Shown here piece by piece: positions 13,564 through 26,426 of a DNA stretch of 64,000 nucleotides. The DNA is taken from positions 14,632,001 through 14,696,000 of the forward strand of contig NC_043020.1 in NCBI RefSeq assembly GCF_006345805.1. Reading direction: 5' to 3'. The first letter of the stretch is position 1, and each line of letters opens with the position of its first letter. The DNA is from Octopus sinensis. Lineage: Eukaryota. The translations under genes were made by a program, and so were the position numbers. Below the pieces are notes generated by a model. It saw only the letters and a list, made by a program, of their open reading frames with translations. It did not search any database and was not told the origin of the DNA.

Positions 13564-13935
13564 TTAACCCTTTAGTGTTCACATTATTCTGCCAAAATTA
13601 ATCCTTTTTTATCCACATTGTTTTGAACTAATCATGCATTATCTTGTAGCTATGAGATTTTGATGAGGTAGCTGTTAATTTTTAAAACGATATTGTAGGG
13701 TTGGTGTGAGAGACCAGATCTGGCCAGTTTGAACATAAAACAGGCAGAATACTTTTGGCCGGATATGGCCAGTTTAAATGCATTATCTTGTAGCTATGAG
13801 ATTTTGATGAGGTAGATGTTAATTTTTAAAACGATATTGTAGGAATGGTGTGAGAGACCAGATCTGGCCAGTTTGAACATAAAACAGGCAGAATACTTTT
13901 GGCCGGATAGGGCCGGTTTAAATGCTAAATGGTTA
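13564..13935. mobile_element. piggyBac-type MITE (TTAACCCTTTAG...CTAAAKGGTTAA) with an internal ~144-bp tandem duplication
   Basis: TTAA ends and CCCTTTAG TIR; related copies at 25529-25902, ~34552-34770, ~45082-45304, 46782-47007. Confidence 0.8.
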
Positions 13936-14103
13936 ATGATGGCAATTCAATTGGATGTGTTCTCATTTTACTATCTTGGAAATATTTCACCTGTATAAAT
14001 GTTCCCCCACCTTCTCATTCTGTATCTTATTAAATGTAGAAGAGCACCTTATCCCAGTGTCAAAGAAACATTAAACATATTCATGTATTCGTCTTATTTG
14101 TAG

Positions 14104-14196
14104 CATTGGGGCTGTGATAACCGACTGTCCAACACCCAGTGTGCAGATACCATAGCATTCTGCTCACTACTTGAAGAAAAACTTTTACCTGCTGTT
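14104..14196 (+). CDS. MTX1: Metaxin exon 4 (HWGCDNRLSNTQCADTIAFCSLLEEKLLPAV)
   Basis: tAG acceptor, GTAAGT donor; ADTxAFxSLLEEKLLP motif matches metaxin-1. Confidence 0.95.
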
Positions 14197-14469
14197 GTAA
14201 GTTAATTTCTTTCTCATTATTTCAAGGAACCAGCTTCGTTTTTATTGCCCTTTTAGGTTTTCTATGGCGAACCCATCCTTCAGTATTTCACATTGATAAA
14301 AGCCAAAGAGCTAGAAACACGTGTGGGAATCTGACAGAAGGCAACACTGGGGTTTTTACTTCTTGTTACTATAAGAGACAATTTTTTTTCTCCACAGTAA
14401 AAGGTCAATCATTCTGGTTGGCTACTCATGGTTGGGCAGTTAAATTGTTATCTAATTGTATTTCATGTA

Positions 14470-15017
14470 TCCTCTTCCTTCCTTCCTTCCTTCCTCCCTC
14501 TTTCTTTCTTTCCTTCTTTCTTTCCTTCTTTCCTTCCTTCTTTCTTCCTTCTCCCCCTCCATCCCTCCCTCCATCCCTCTCTTTCTTTCCTTCCTTCCTT
14601 CCTTCCTTCCTTCCCCCCTCCCTCCATCCCTCTCTTTCTTTCCTTCTTTCCTTCCTTCTTTCCTTCCTTCCTTCTTTCCTTCCTTCCTTCCTTCCTTCCT
14701 TTCTTCCTCCCTCCCTCCCTCCCTCCCTCCCTCCCTCCCTCCCTCCCTCCCTCCCTCTCTTTCTCTCTCTGTCTCTCTCTTTCTTTCCTTTTTTCCTTCC
14801 TTCTTTCCTTTTTTATTTTTCCTCCCTCCCTCCCTCCCTTCTTTCCTTCCTTCCTTCCTTTCTTTTTTCTTCCTTTCCTTTCTTCCTTTCTTTCTTTCTT
14901 TCTTTCTTCCTTCCTTCTTTCTTTCTTCTTTCTTTCTTTCTTTCTTTCTTCCTTCCTTCCTTCCTTCCTTCCTTCCTTCTTCCTTCCTTCCTTCCTTCCT
15001 TCTTTCTTTCTTTCTTT
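14470..15017. repeat. Polypyrimidine/polypurine microsatellite (CCTT/CCCT/CTTT)n, ~550 bp
   Basis: Almost purely C/T on the + strand. Confidence 0.97.
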
Positions 15018-15151
15018 GGTATTGTACACAATGAGTTAGGACATTAATGACCTGAAGGAGTGGCAAGATACCAAATAAGCTCAGTGGATGTGAGAGTAGC
15101 TGTAGAAAAAAATGGAATATGCAGGACAAAAGGAGACACAGGGGACTGAAA

Positions 15152-15192
15152 GTTACTGAAGAGGTCACAAAATGTGACAAAAGGACTTTGAC
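15152..15192 (+). ncRNA. Degenerate hammerhead ribozyme motif (family H1, G12 lost)
   Basis: gtta CTGAAGA g gtcaca-aaa-tgtgac AAAA ggac TT tgac; same flanking family as 17539 and 61793. Confidence 0.55.
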
Positions 15193-17187
15193 TGACAAAT
15201 ATACTAAAAATAATAAAGCTAACCTGAATATCAAAACGAATAGTGCTGTGTTTAAGATTAGTAATAGTAGCAGCAGCAGTAGTGAAAATAATAATTCTAA
15301 ATTCTAAAGGCATAAAATTCTATTATTTCTTACAGTAAATAAGTAAATAGAAGAAAAAGTAATGAGAGGCACAGGAGTGGCTGTGTGGTAAGTAACTTGC
15401 TAACCAACCACATGGTTCTGGGTTCAGTCCCACTGCGTGGCATCTTGGGCAAGTGTCTTCTGCTATAGCCCCGGGCCGACCAATGCCTTGTGAGTGGATT
15501 TGGTAGACGGAAACTGAAAGAAGCCTGTCGTATATATGTATATATATATATATATGTGTGTGTGTTTGTGTGTCTGTGTTTGTCCCCCTAGCATTGCTTG
15601 ACAACCGATGCTGGTGTGTTTACGTCCCCATCACTTAGCGGTTCGGCAAAAAGAGACCAATAGAATAAGTACTGGGCTTACAAAGAATTAGTCCCGGGGT
15701 CGATTTGCTCGACTAAAGGCAGTGCTCCAGCATGGCCGCAATCAAATGACTGAAACAAGTAAAAGAGTAAAAGAGAGAGATAGATGATAACTAATAATAA
15801 AAGTAATAGATTCAAATTTTGGCACAGGGCCAGCAATTTTTGAGGTGAGGGGGAAGTAGATTACATTGACTCCAGTACTTCAATGGTACTTATTTTATCA
15901 ACTCTGAAAGGATGAAAGGCAAATTCGACCTTGGAGGAATTTGAGGACAGAATGTAAAGACAGACAAAGGCGGTGAGCTAGCAGAAACGTTAGCACACCG
16001 GGCGAAATGCCTAGCGGTATTTCGTCTGCCATTATGTTCTGAGTTCGAATGCCGCCGAGGTCGACTTTGCCTATCATCCTTTCGGGGTCGATTAAATAAA
16101 TACCAGTTACGCACTGGGGTTGATATAATCGACTTAATCTGTTTGTCTGTCCTTGTTTGTCCCCTCTATGTTTAGCCCCCTGTGGGCAGTAAAGAAATAA
16201 GAATGTAAAGACAGACAAAACGCTACTAAGCATTTTATGTAGTTTGCTAACAGTTCTGCCAGCTTGCTGCCTTACCATTCAAACGTGATCGTTACCAGCG
16301 TTGCCTTACTGGCACTTGTGCCGGTAGCATGTGAAAAACATTCGAGTGGGGTTGTTGCCAGTGCAGGTGGCACATAAAAAACACCACTTGAGTGTGGCTG
16401 TTGCCAGTACTGCCTGACTGGCACTTGTGCCAGTGGCACGTAAAAGCACCCACTACACTCTTGGAGTGGTTGGCATTAGGAAGGGCATCCAGCTGTAGAA
16501 ACATTGCCAGATCAGACTGGGCCTGGTGCAGCCTTCTGGCTTCCCAGACCCCAGTTGAACCGTCCAACCCATGCTAGCATGGAAAGCGGACGCTAAACGA
16601 TGATGATGATGATGATGATACACTCTTGGAGTGGTTGGCGTTAGGAAGGGCATCCAGCTGTAGAAACTCTGACAGATCAGATTGGAGCCTGGTGCAGCCA
16701 TCTGGTTCACCAGTCCTCAGTCAAATCGTTCAACCCATGCTAGCGTGGAAAGCGGACGTTAAATGATGATGATGATAAATAATCTTTTCTACTAAAGGCA
16801 CAAGGCCTGAAATCAGAATGTAAAGACAGGTGAAATACTGCTAAGCATATTGCCTGGCTTTCTATCAATTCAGATTTTTAATTTTCAGGCAAGTTGACAA
16901 GAACAGTTGTTGAATTGCAGGGTTTCTTCTTATTTTGCATGAATTTCGACTAACTAACTTTGCCCTAACAAGGGCAGATGGCTCATCCTGCCTTATGATG
17001 GCTGCATTGGTTATTTTTGCATTTAAAAAAATTTTATTTTAGCCATGGCTTTACTATTCATATAATCAGATTCTCTTCTTACTATATATTTCAGATATTC
17101 TCATATCTCTTCTTGCTAGCTCTTCTTACTATATATAGATATAGCTAATTTATTTCTTGATTTTATAATAAAAATAGTATTACATTA

Positions 17188-17754
17188 TTGTTATATTTTG
17201 GAATGGTCATTTTGCCAGTTTAGCCAATAAAAACACACGCATTATATATTTGGTGTTACTTTGCCTCAGTGTTATTTATTTTTTACATTAATCTTAATCT
17301 TATTTCAGCCAGAGTTCTTTCGTCACAAAAACAAAACAAAAAACAAATTACATGAATGTATATAAACAGGAGATACAAATATTACAGGCACTCCCCCTCC
17401 CCCCCACTAACTAAACATAGACACACATAGAGGTTGACGCATGCGCAAATGAAGACACATACAATAGGAATACAAAATACAAAATGGCTGACCGTTAGTA
17501 AGGAGAGACACACAAATAAGAAAGAAGAAAGCAAAGGACCACTGATGATGTCACAGGAGTGTGACGAAAGAACTCTGGCTGAAATAAGATTAAGATTAAT
17601 GTAAAAAATAAATAATGCTGAGGCAAAGAAACACCAAATATATAGTGCGTGTGTTTTTATTGGCTAAACTGGCAAAATGACCATTCCGAAATACAACAAT
17701 ATCTATTTCAACATACGATTTCACATCAAAAATCTTGCAAAACAAATATATAAA
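17188..17754 (+). mobile_element. Penelope-like retroelement remnant: 3' end plus inverted partial copy, 12-bp TSD
   Basis: 17188-17327 is the reverse complement of ~17560-17699; TSD AGTATTACATTA at 17176-17187 and 17755-17766; contains a hammerhead; tail similar to ~61940-62000. Confidence 0.75.
17539..17578 (+). ncRNA. Minimal type I hammerhead ribozyme with intact core (family H1)
   Basis: cca CTGATGA t gtcac-aggagt-gtgac GAAA g-aa-c TC tgg; stem I cca/tgg, stem II gtcac/gtgac, cleavage triplet CUC. Confidence 0.75.
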
Positions 17755-18500
17755 AGTATTACATTAATATTCATTATTATATAGTGAATTCGAGCATTGG
17801 GCCTCACAGAGGCATAGTGGCTGAGTTCCTTTCTAGTGTTGGGCCTTATGGAGGTAAAGTAGCTGAGTTCTTTTGAACGTTAGGCCTCACAGAGGCAAAG
17901 TGGCATTGGGCCTCATGGAGACAATGACTGAGACCTTTGGCATTATGTCATGCTTGAGCAGAAGACCCATCAAGCCAAGCAAAATTGCAGTCGTGGCAGA
18001 TAACAGTGTCATGCAAATTTGCACCCATATGCGGTGGCACATAAAAGCATTCCAGTGTCACACAAATGACACATAAAAGTACCCGTTACACTCTTGGAGT
18101 GGTTGGCATTAGGAAGGGCATCCATCTGTAGAAAACCATGCCAAATCAGACTGGAGTCTGGTGCAGCCTTCCAGTGTGCCATCCCAGTCAAACCATCCAA
18201 CCCATGCCAGCATGGACAATGGGTGTTAAATGATGATGATGTATGATACAGAAAATTATTTTTCTTAATGAATTTTTGCTCTTTCTTTTTTGGTGTGTTC
18301 ACGTTATGTACTTTGTTTCAAATAAAAATTTTATATACAATGAAGATATAGGATCTAATATTTTTTACAATTATAATTATATTTCTCATTCATAAAATTC
18401 TTATTTTAATTCAAATCGTCAACAATGAAAAATAATTCAAGTATTTTTTTAACAAGAGAATATTCATTTGTATTATTGCATTGCTTGGAAAAAAAGTGGA

Positions 18501-19585
18501 TTACAATGAAAAATGCAGGTGCATGCATGTTAATATTCCATGTTATACCTGGAAAAGTACAGAACAAGATTTCTACATTAGAATTTACCTAATTTGGCAC
18601 CTCTAAAGGATATTAGAAAGTACTTATAATTAAAATTCCACTGTACTTGAGAATAACGTTTTTGAAATTAAAATACATTATATTAGGTAAATTTGAGATA
18701 ATTTATTTTATTTATTATGAGAATCTAAAAAATAAATAAATCTTTAAAAACATGGTACAAAAATAATCAAAAGTAAATTAAAACGAAAAAAATTTTTAAA
18801 TCATGTCTTTTGAAATATACCATTAAAATAATCATTTTATTTAGTTGTATTAACTACAAACAATAAAATTATGAAGTTGTAAATAATATTGCACAAGGTT
18901 TCTTTTTCCTTTTACACCCCCCCCCCAAAAAAAAAAACATTAATTGCAGTAGAATGGTCTTTAAATGTTTTCAAATCAACCATATGCTCATTAAAAAGCA
19001 AAAAAAATTAATCTGACAAATCATAAGTAAAATTTATTCGTTAACATTAATACAGTAGAATTAGCCTAATTCGTCTTTGGCTAATTCATTACTTCACCTA
19101 ATTCATCACTTTCAATTTTCTCCTAGGGATGACTAATTAGGTGAATTCTAATTTTTTAAAAATTAATCTTTATTTCATTTTTAAAATACTGCTTTTTCCA
19201 AAAATATGCCCATGGACTTAAATACAGACTGAAATAATTTTGCTTAGATAATTTTTTTTCTGAAAATAATAAAAATTACTGGAGCTATACACGAAAAGAG
19301 TTTCTGAATATAAGCCCAAAGGCATAAAATCGGATGGGCTTATTTTAGGAAAAACCCAATAATGTTTTTATAATTTTTGTTTTAATAAAATATAGTAAAT
19401 TTTAAAAAATGTTATTCTCAGCTGCAATATTTTAAGTACAGTAGAATTTTAATTTTAGGTACTTTTTAGTTTCCTTTAGAAATGACGAACTAGGCAAATT
19501 CTACTGTAGAAATCTTGTTCCGTACTTTTCCAGGTGTAATAACTTAAGAATATTAACATGCATGTGCCCGTATATTTCATTGTAA
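18501..19585. mobile_element. Old ~1.1-kb non-autonomous DNA element with long (~170 bp) imperfect terminal inverted repeats
   Basis: ttacaatgaaa...catgcatgttaatattc...cctggaaaagtacagaacaagatttctaca at left is mirrored by tgtagaaatcttgttccgtacttttccagg...gaatattaacatgcatg...tttcattgtaa at right. Confidence 0.65.
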
Positions 19586-19606
19586 TATATATATATTACT
19601 TAACTT

Positions 19607-19838
19607 AAGGCGGCGAGCTGGCAGAATCGTTAGCATGCCAGGCGAAATGCGTAGCCGTATTTCGTCTGCCGTTACGTTCTGAGTTCAAATTCCGCCGAGG
19701 TCGACTTTGCCTTTCATCCTTTCGGGGTCGATAAATAAAGTACCAGTTACGCACTGGGGTCGATGTAATCGACTTAATCCCTTTGTCTGTCTTTGTTTGT
19801 CCCCTCTATGTTTAGCCCCTTGTGGGCAATAAAGAAAT
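19607..19838 (+). mobile_element. tRNA-derived SINE family B (aaggcggcgagctggcagaa...; cctttcatcctttcggggtcgataaa domain); representative copy
   Basis: Many copies, e.g. ~9417(-), 15968, 26950(-), 29830-30262(-), 35690, 40075, 42120-42572, 53880(-); B-box-like GAGTTCAAATTC. Confidence 0.85.
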
Positions 19839-20024
19839 ATATATATATATTACTTGAACAGGTTTGAGGATAAAAATTTAAAACAAAAAATATATTTTAT
19901 GATATAAAGTATATTTTTGTCTATTGATTTGCAAACATTACTGTCTCTTTCTTTGTGTTTGATTATTTGTCACCTTAAATGTAAGGTTTAAACAGTTTTT
20001 TTTTAGTATACCAATTAATATATC

Positions 20025-20830
20025 TTTAACCCTTGTGCTACAGTATTTATTTTGAGATACTCTGTGTTTCTTTCAATTATTTTAAATATAACAAAGAATT
20101 TAGTAAAATAACTTAGTTATCATTAAGCTAGTGTTAAGAACATAAATTGTGACTAAGATTTAGTGGAAGATTTTAATTGAAAACTTGTGAAAAGAAGACA
20201 TTTGTACTACAGACCCAGAGGCAGTTTCAGGTGGGTTGGTATCAAAATGGTTAAGACAGGAAGAACTAGCAGTGGCCCAAGGTGTCTTGATACTTATGTA
20301 TCATTCATTTTTACATCTGTTTTAACACTTTTGTTACCATATTTCTGTTTAGAGACTCTGTGTTTCTCTCAATTATCTTAAATATAACAAAGAATTTAGT
20401 AAAATAACTTAGTTATCATTCAGCTAGTGTTAGGAACATAAATTGTGACTAAGATTTAGTGGAAGATTTTAATTGAAAACTTATGAAAAGAAGACATTTG
20501 TACTACAAACCCAGAGGCAGTTTCAGGTGGGTTGGTATGAAAATGGTTAAGACAGGAAGAACTAGCAGTGGCCCAAGGTGTCTTCATACTTATGTATCAT
20601 TCATTTTTACATCTGTTTTGTTACCATATTTCTGTTGAGAGACTCTGTGTTTCTTTCAATTATTTTAAATATAACAAAGAATTCAGTAAAATAACTTAGT
20701 TATCATTAAGCTAGTGTTAAGAACATAAATTGTGACTAAGATTTAGTGGAAGATTTTAATTGAAAACTTATGAAAAGAAGACATTTATACTACAGAGCCA
20801 AAGCCGGTTTTAGCCGGGTTGGTAACGAAA
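20025..20830. mobile_element. Tandem triplet of a second piggyBac-type MITE (~300-bp period including a spacer)
   Basis: Three copies of ...aaatataacaaagaatttagtaaaataacttagttatc...; same MITE and spacer at 27308-27832; single MITE at 51077-51304. Confidence 0.8.
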
Positions 20831-21340
20831 TGGAATGAATTGTGGGGATACATCCCATGTTCATCCCAAAATGATTATTGAATTCATTATAGTTTCCAGT
20901 GCATCAGCATCAATTTTTGTTGTGTGATGATGACTTAAATCATCATCATCATCTTTTAACGTCTGCTTTCCATGCTAGCATGGGTTGGACGGTTCAACTG
21001 GGGTCTGGGAAGCCAGGAGGCTGCACCAGGCCCAGTCCAATCTGGCAGTGTTTCTACAGCTGGATGCCCTTCCTAATGCCAACCACTCTGTGTAGTGGGT
21101 GCTTTTTACATGCCAGGCGAGGCTGGCAACGGCCACGATCAGTTGGTGCTTTTTATGTGCCACCCACACGGAGGCCAGTCGAGGCGGTGCTGGCAATGGC
21201 CCCGTTCGGATGCTTCTTTTACGTGCCACCAGCACTGGTATCACAATTGCAATTTCCATTGATTTTTGATTGATTTCGATTTCACTTGCCTCAACAGGTC
21301 TACACAAGCAGAGTTTTGTGTCCCAAGTAATTTTTATTGT

Positions 21341-21374
<34 letters not shown>

Positions 21375-21793
21375 CTCATCATGAAACCATGAAATCTGTA
21401 TGAAAAATAATACTGCTTAGTTTGATATCTGTTAGGTCATTACACTAACACATCATGTGAACTAAACACATAAACAGTACAAAGAACTAAACATGGTACT
21501 ACAATATAATTATATTACTTGATAAAGTAATTAAATATTAGTTGTTTTTTTTTTAACTGAAATCTGGTTCAACCTGTTACTTTTAACAATTTTTTCTAAA
21601 GCAATCTGTTTTATCCTTTGTCCTAGATTATTATTCTGTTTGCTGTTGTCCACAGCACTTCCTTGATTCGGCTGTCTATTCCAGTTACTGAACAATAATT
21701 ATATTATTTTATAATAATAATAATAATAATAATAATGATAATAATAATATATAAAAATATAATAATATAATATATAATAATTATTATTTTCAG

Positions 21794-21970
21794 CTTCATT
21801 TATGGTGGATTGATGCCAAGACTTACATAGACCTTACCAGACCAGGTTTTGCTAAAGCGTCTCCGTTTCCACTGAATTTCTATATACCCAGCAAGATGCG
21901 GAGGAAAGCCAAATCAAGAATATATTCTAAAAGCAGTGAGAATGTCACAGATGTAGAAGTTGATATGAAA
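21794..21970 (+). CDS. MTX1: Metaxin exon 5 (LHLWWIDAKTYIDLTRPGFAKASPFPLNFYIPSKMRRKAKSRIYSKSSENVTDVEVDMK)
   Basis: ttttcAG acceptor, GTAAGA donor; WID..Y...TR...A...PFPLNF..P..M motif. Confidence 0.95.
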
Positions 21971-22646
21971 GTAAGAACTTTGGAAAACCGTTGTGAACAT
22001 CAATATATTACTGGTACTATCCCAGTCTCATCTCAAATAGTCTATAACCGTTTTAGTCTAGTATCATATTTAAATTTCATTAATTCTAAAACAATCTAGT
22101 TCTTGGCCAATTAACAGAATAATTGTGTAAGTATGATAAGCATGTTGAATTTGATTAATATCAAACTTAGAGCAGTGAATCAGTGATTTTTCTCACTTTA
22201 ATCCTGCTTTCTCCCCTTGTATCCTATAATTAGGAATCTGTTTGTAGCATTAAAAGTTTTATCATAATCATGGAAAATATTCCAGTAAATAAAATAACAA
22301 ATTCTACATTGCTGGATGCCTATCAACCACTTTACAGAGTGTACTGGGTGCTTTTTAAGTAGCACCAGCACCTGCACTAATGTTTTTTATGTGGTACTTT
22401 CGTTTTAAGATTTCAATTCTGTTGTGGTGGGCTGGTCTTAGCACATCCATTGTCTGTCTTTGGATTTTAATTAAAAACTACTTCTACTTATATATATATA
22501 TATAACTTATAAATGAGGGCAAATGAAAAAAATTTCTAATGCCAAATATGCCGAAATTAGACTCATTGTCCATTACCATTATAATTTTTCACAATATGCA
22601 CGCTACTCCAAAAAAGGCCGACAGAAATTTCTAAAAAATTCCATTA

Positions 22647-22706
22647 TTACCATATCGGACCGATTTCAGGGTTAGTTCAAAGGAACCCTCCCTTCGTCAG
22701 TGATAA
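22647..22706 (-). ncRNA. Type I hammerhead ribozyme with intact canonical core (family H2)
   Basis: Minus strand: ttatca CTGACGA aggg-...-ccct GAAA tcgg-t-ccga TA tggtaa; stems I, II and III all pair; near (TA)n at ~22490. Confidence 0.8.
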
Positions 22707-24344
22707 ATGTGGCAAAGAAATAAATGAGATACTTACTCATACCCATGGAAGAAGCAAAAACTAAGTCACGAGCACAATTAAGTACCCCAAATACATCCAA
22801 AGTTGAGCTCAGCACAATTTGAACTTGGAATTTTCCCACAGCTCTAATGATTCTACTGATGATGACGGTGATGGTTATGATGATGATAACAGTGTACATA
22901 GATACAAGGCCAAATAGAAAAGGGAGGAAAGATATATATATATATATATATACATGCATGCATACATACATGCATGCATTATGTCCATTTTCCATGCTGA
23001 CATGGGTTACACTAGAGTTATTGAGGTAGATTTTCTTTTCTATAGCTGGGCACTCTTGTCGCCCCTCCCCATTTATCTTTCAAGTGATGTATTTTCCATC
23101 CTACTGGTCTTCACATGTCTTCACATCCATGGGACATGTTTACCAGAGAATGTCGCTGTTTTGTGTTCATAAAGACACAGTCAACATTTATTCACACAAT
23201 GTAAACAAACACACACATACACACACACGCGTTGGACTCCTGCAAAGTTTCCGATTACCAATTCCCCTCACAAAGCATTGGCTGGCTTGAGGCTATAGCA
23301 CAAGACACTTGCCTGAGGTGCCAAACAGTAACACTGGACCTGAAATCACATGTTTTCAAAATAACCTTTGAAATCGCATGACTTCATTCCTTTGCTCATC
23401 TTATCTTCTGTGATAATTATTTAGGATTATGCATTTATGTGTGTAGTTGTGAAGGCGTGTGGTTTAGTGGTTAGGGGCATTCGGCTCATGATTGTAAGGT
23501 CGTGAGTTCAATACCTGACGACGCATTGTGTCCTTGAGCAAGACACTTTATTTCACGTTGCTCCAGTCCACTCAGCTGGCAAAAATGAGTTGTACCTGTA
23601 TATCAAAGGGCCGGCCTTGTCACGCTGAATCTCCCTGAGAACTACGTTAGGAGTACACATGTCTGTGGAGTGCTCAGTCACTTGCACGTTAATTTCACAA
23701 GCAAATTGTTCTCTTGATCGTATCAGCTGGGACCCTCGTTGTCGTAACCGACGGAGTACTCCTAATGTAGACACCCACAAGATTATTCATCAACAACAAT
23801 TTTAGGCAACATTTTGAAATCTATATGTCTAACACTCATGGACAAGTGTTCAAAATCAAAAAACAATACAGCACCCATGACATTTTCCGATGCTTTTCCA
23901 TGCTCAGAATTCCTGAAGCATGGAATAAATTACCTCCATCAGTTGTTAGCTGTCAAGACACTACATCCTTCAAAACTTCCATGCTTCCTGAAATCCACCA
24001 ACAATACACCTGATGCCCCACCACTTTTTTTTTTCTATTTTTCTTAAGGACTTAGTCACTGTTTGTTCACCTGAGCACTGTAAACAATAAATTCATTCTT
24101 CTCTTATTATATTCTGTGTTGTCTATAACTAGACATAGTTTGACTTTAGCTAACATGTACTCAAATGAAAATTAAAAGGATTTTCCTACTGCTGAACACA
24201 TTCCTTTTTTTAAAATTTTTGAATTTAGCAATTTTTAAAAATGTTAAAAATGTTAAGTTTAATAAAATATAATTCATATTGATTATAATAAGCCATCTTC
24301 AAAATATTCTCTGCTTTTAAGAAGTATTTTTCCATCTGTTTTAG

Positions 24345-24421
24345 ATTTACAGAGAAGCAAAATTTTGTCTCAATTTATTGGAAAAGAAATTGGGGAACAA
24401 TCGTTATTTTTTTGGAGAAAG
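24345..24421 (+). CDS. MTX1: Metaxin exon 6 (IYREAKFCLNLLEKKLGNNRYFFGE)
   Basis: ttttAG acceptor, GT donor at 24422; YREA..CL.LL...LG...FFG motif; ends phase 2. Confidence 0.95.
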
Positions 24422-26356
24422 GTAGTTTTATTTTCTTTTATTCTGTCACTTCTGATTCAGTCAAATGTAATTGCTTATATGATATTGAGAAAGAATTCCT
24501 TGTACTCTGTAGTCTCTTATTTTGGCATTTTTATGCCATTCTCCACTTAGAAACAATATTTACTGATTTATCATGAGTCTTTAAGTTTCTGGATTTGTAG
24601 GTATTATCTGTTATGCATCCACTCATAAAAAACCAGTTTTTTTTTTGTTCTGTTTGATCAAGGATCCAAATCTACAATACTTTGGTGACTAATTCTAGTT
24701 TATCTCAGTAGAAGGGAAACTTTTCTGAAACACTTTGACCCATTATGGTTTCCTGTTTGTAGCTGTTTCCCTTATATGATTAATTGAGAAAAGCCCCATG
24801 ACTTTGATGTCTTTTATATATTCATGAGCTTTTATTGCTGCGTAAAATTATTTAAAGTTATTCGGAGTGGCTGTGTGGTAAGTAGCTTGTTTACCAACCA
24901 CATGGTTCCGGGTTCAGTCCCACTGTGTGGCACTTTGGGCAAGTGTTTCTACTATAGCCTCGGGCCGACCAAAGCCTTGTGAGTGGATTTGGTAGAAGGA
25001 AACTGAAAGAAGCCTGTCGTATATATGTATATGTATATATGCGTGTATGTGTTTGTGTGTCTGTGTTTGTCCCCCTAGCATTGCTTGACAACCGATGCTG
25101 GTGTGTTTATGTCCCCCGTTACTTAGCGGTTCGGCAAAAAGAGACTGATAGAATAAGTACTGGGCTTACAAAAGAATAAGTCCCGGGGTCGAGTTGCTCG
25201 ATTAAAGGCGGTGCTCCAGCATGGCCACAGTCAAATGACTGAAACAAGTGAAAGAGAGAGGCTCGAAGACACAAGTTAAAATACTAAAATATTCACTATA
25301 GTAATCTAATTTCCTTGTCTTGAAGGTGCGTAGCTTAGGGTCTATGGGTATTCAGCACTATCATAAGGTAATGAGTTCAATCCCTGGCAGCGTGTTGTGT
25401 CCTTGAGCAAGACACTTTATTTCTCATTGCTTCAGTAAACTTAGCTGGCAAAAATAAATAGTATCTCTATTTCAAAAGGGCCAGCTTTGTCACATTCTCT
25501 GTCACATTGAATCTCCCTGAGAACTATGTTAACCCTTTAGTGTTCACATTATTCTGCCAAAATTAATCCTTTTTTATCAACATTACCTTGAACTAATCAT
25601 TCATTAATCTTGTAGCTATGAGATTTTGATGAGGTAGCTGTTAATTTTTAAAACAATATTGTAGGGCTGGTGTGAGAGACCAGATCTGGCCAGTTTGAAC
25701 ATAAAACAGGCAGAATACTTTTGGCTGGATATGGCCAGTTTAAATGCATTATCTTGTAGCTATGAGATTTTGATGAGGTAGCTGTTAATTTTTAAAACGA
25801 TATTGTAGGGCTGGTGTGAGAGACCAGATCTGGCCAGTTTGAACATAAAACAGGCAGAATACTTTTGGCCGGATATGGCCAGTTTAAATGCTAAAGGGTT
25901 AAAGGTACTTGTGTCTCTGGAGTGCACAGCCACATGCATATTAATTTTATGAGCAGGCTGTTCTGTTGTGTCAACTGGAACATTCGTTGTAACTGATGGA
26001 GAAAGCCAGGCATATTGGATGCTGGAATTCAACACATTCCAAGCTAGGATAGTGGAATGATGGAAACATTAGGATCAGATGGCTATTTTGTGCTATTAGT
26101 TCCGGGTCCTTTTGTTCTGATTTCAAATTCTACTGTCACCTCTCTTTACTCTTTTACTTGTTTCAGTAATTTGACTGTGGCCATGCTGGAGCACCGCCTT
26201 TAGTCGAGCAAATCGAACCCCGGGACTTATTCTTTGTAAGCCTAGTACTTATTCTATCGGTCTCTTTTGCCGAACCGCTAAGTGACGAGGACGTAAACAC
26301 ACCAGCATCGGTTGTCAAGCAATGCTAGGGGGACAAACACAGACACACAAACACAC

Positions 26357-26426
<70 letters not shown>

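Noticed and set aside
14418-15234. Long F/L/P/S-rich and E/G/R/K-rich ORFs
   Set aside because: Translations of a CT microsatellite
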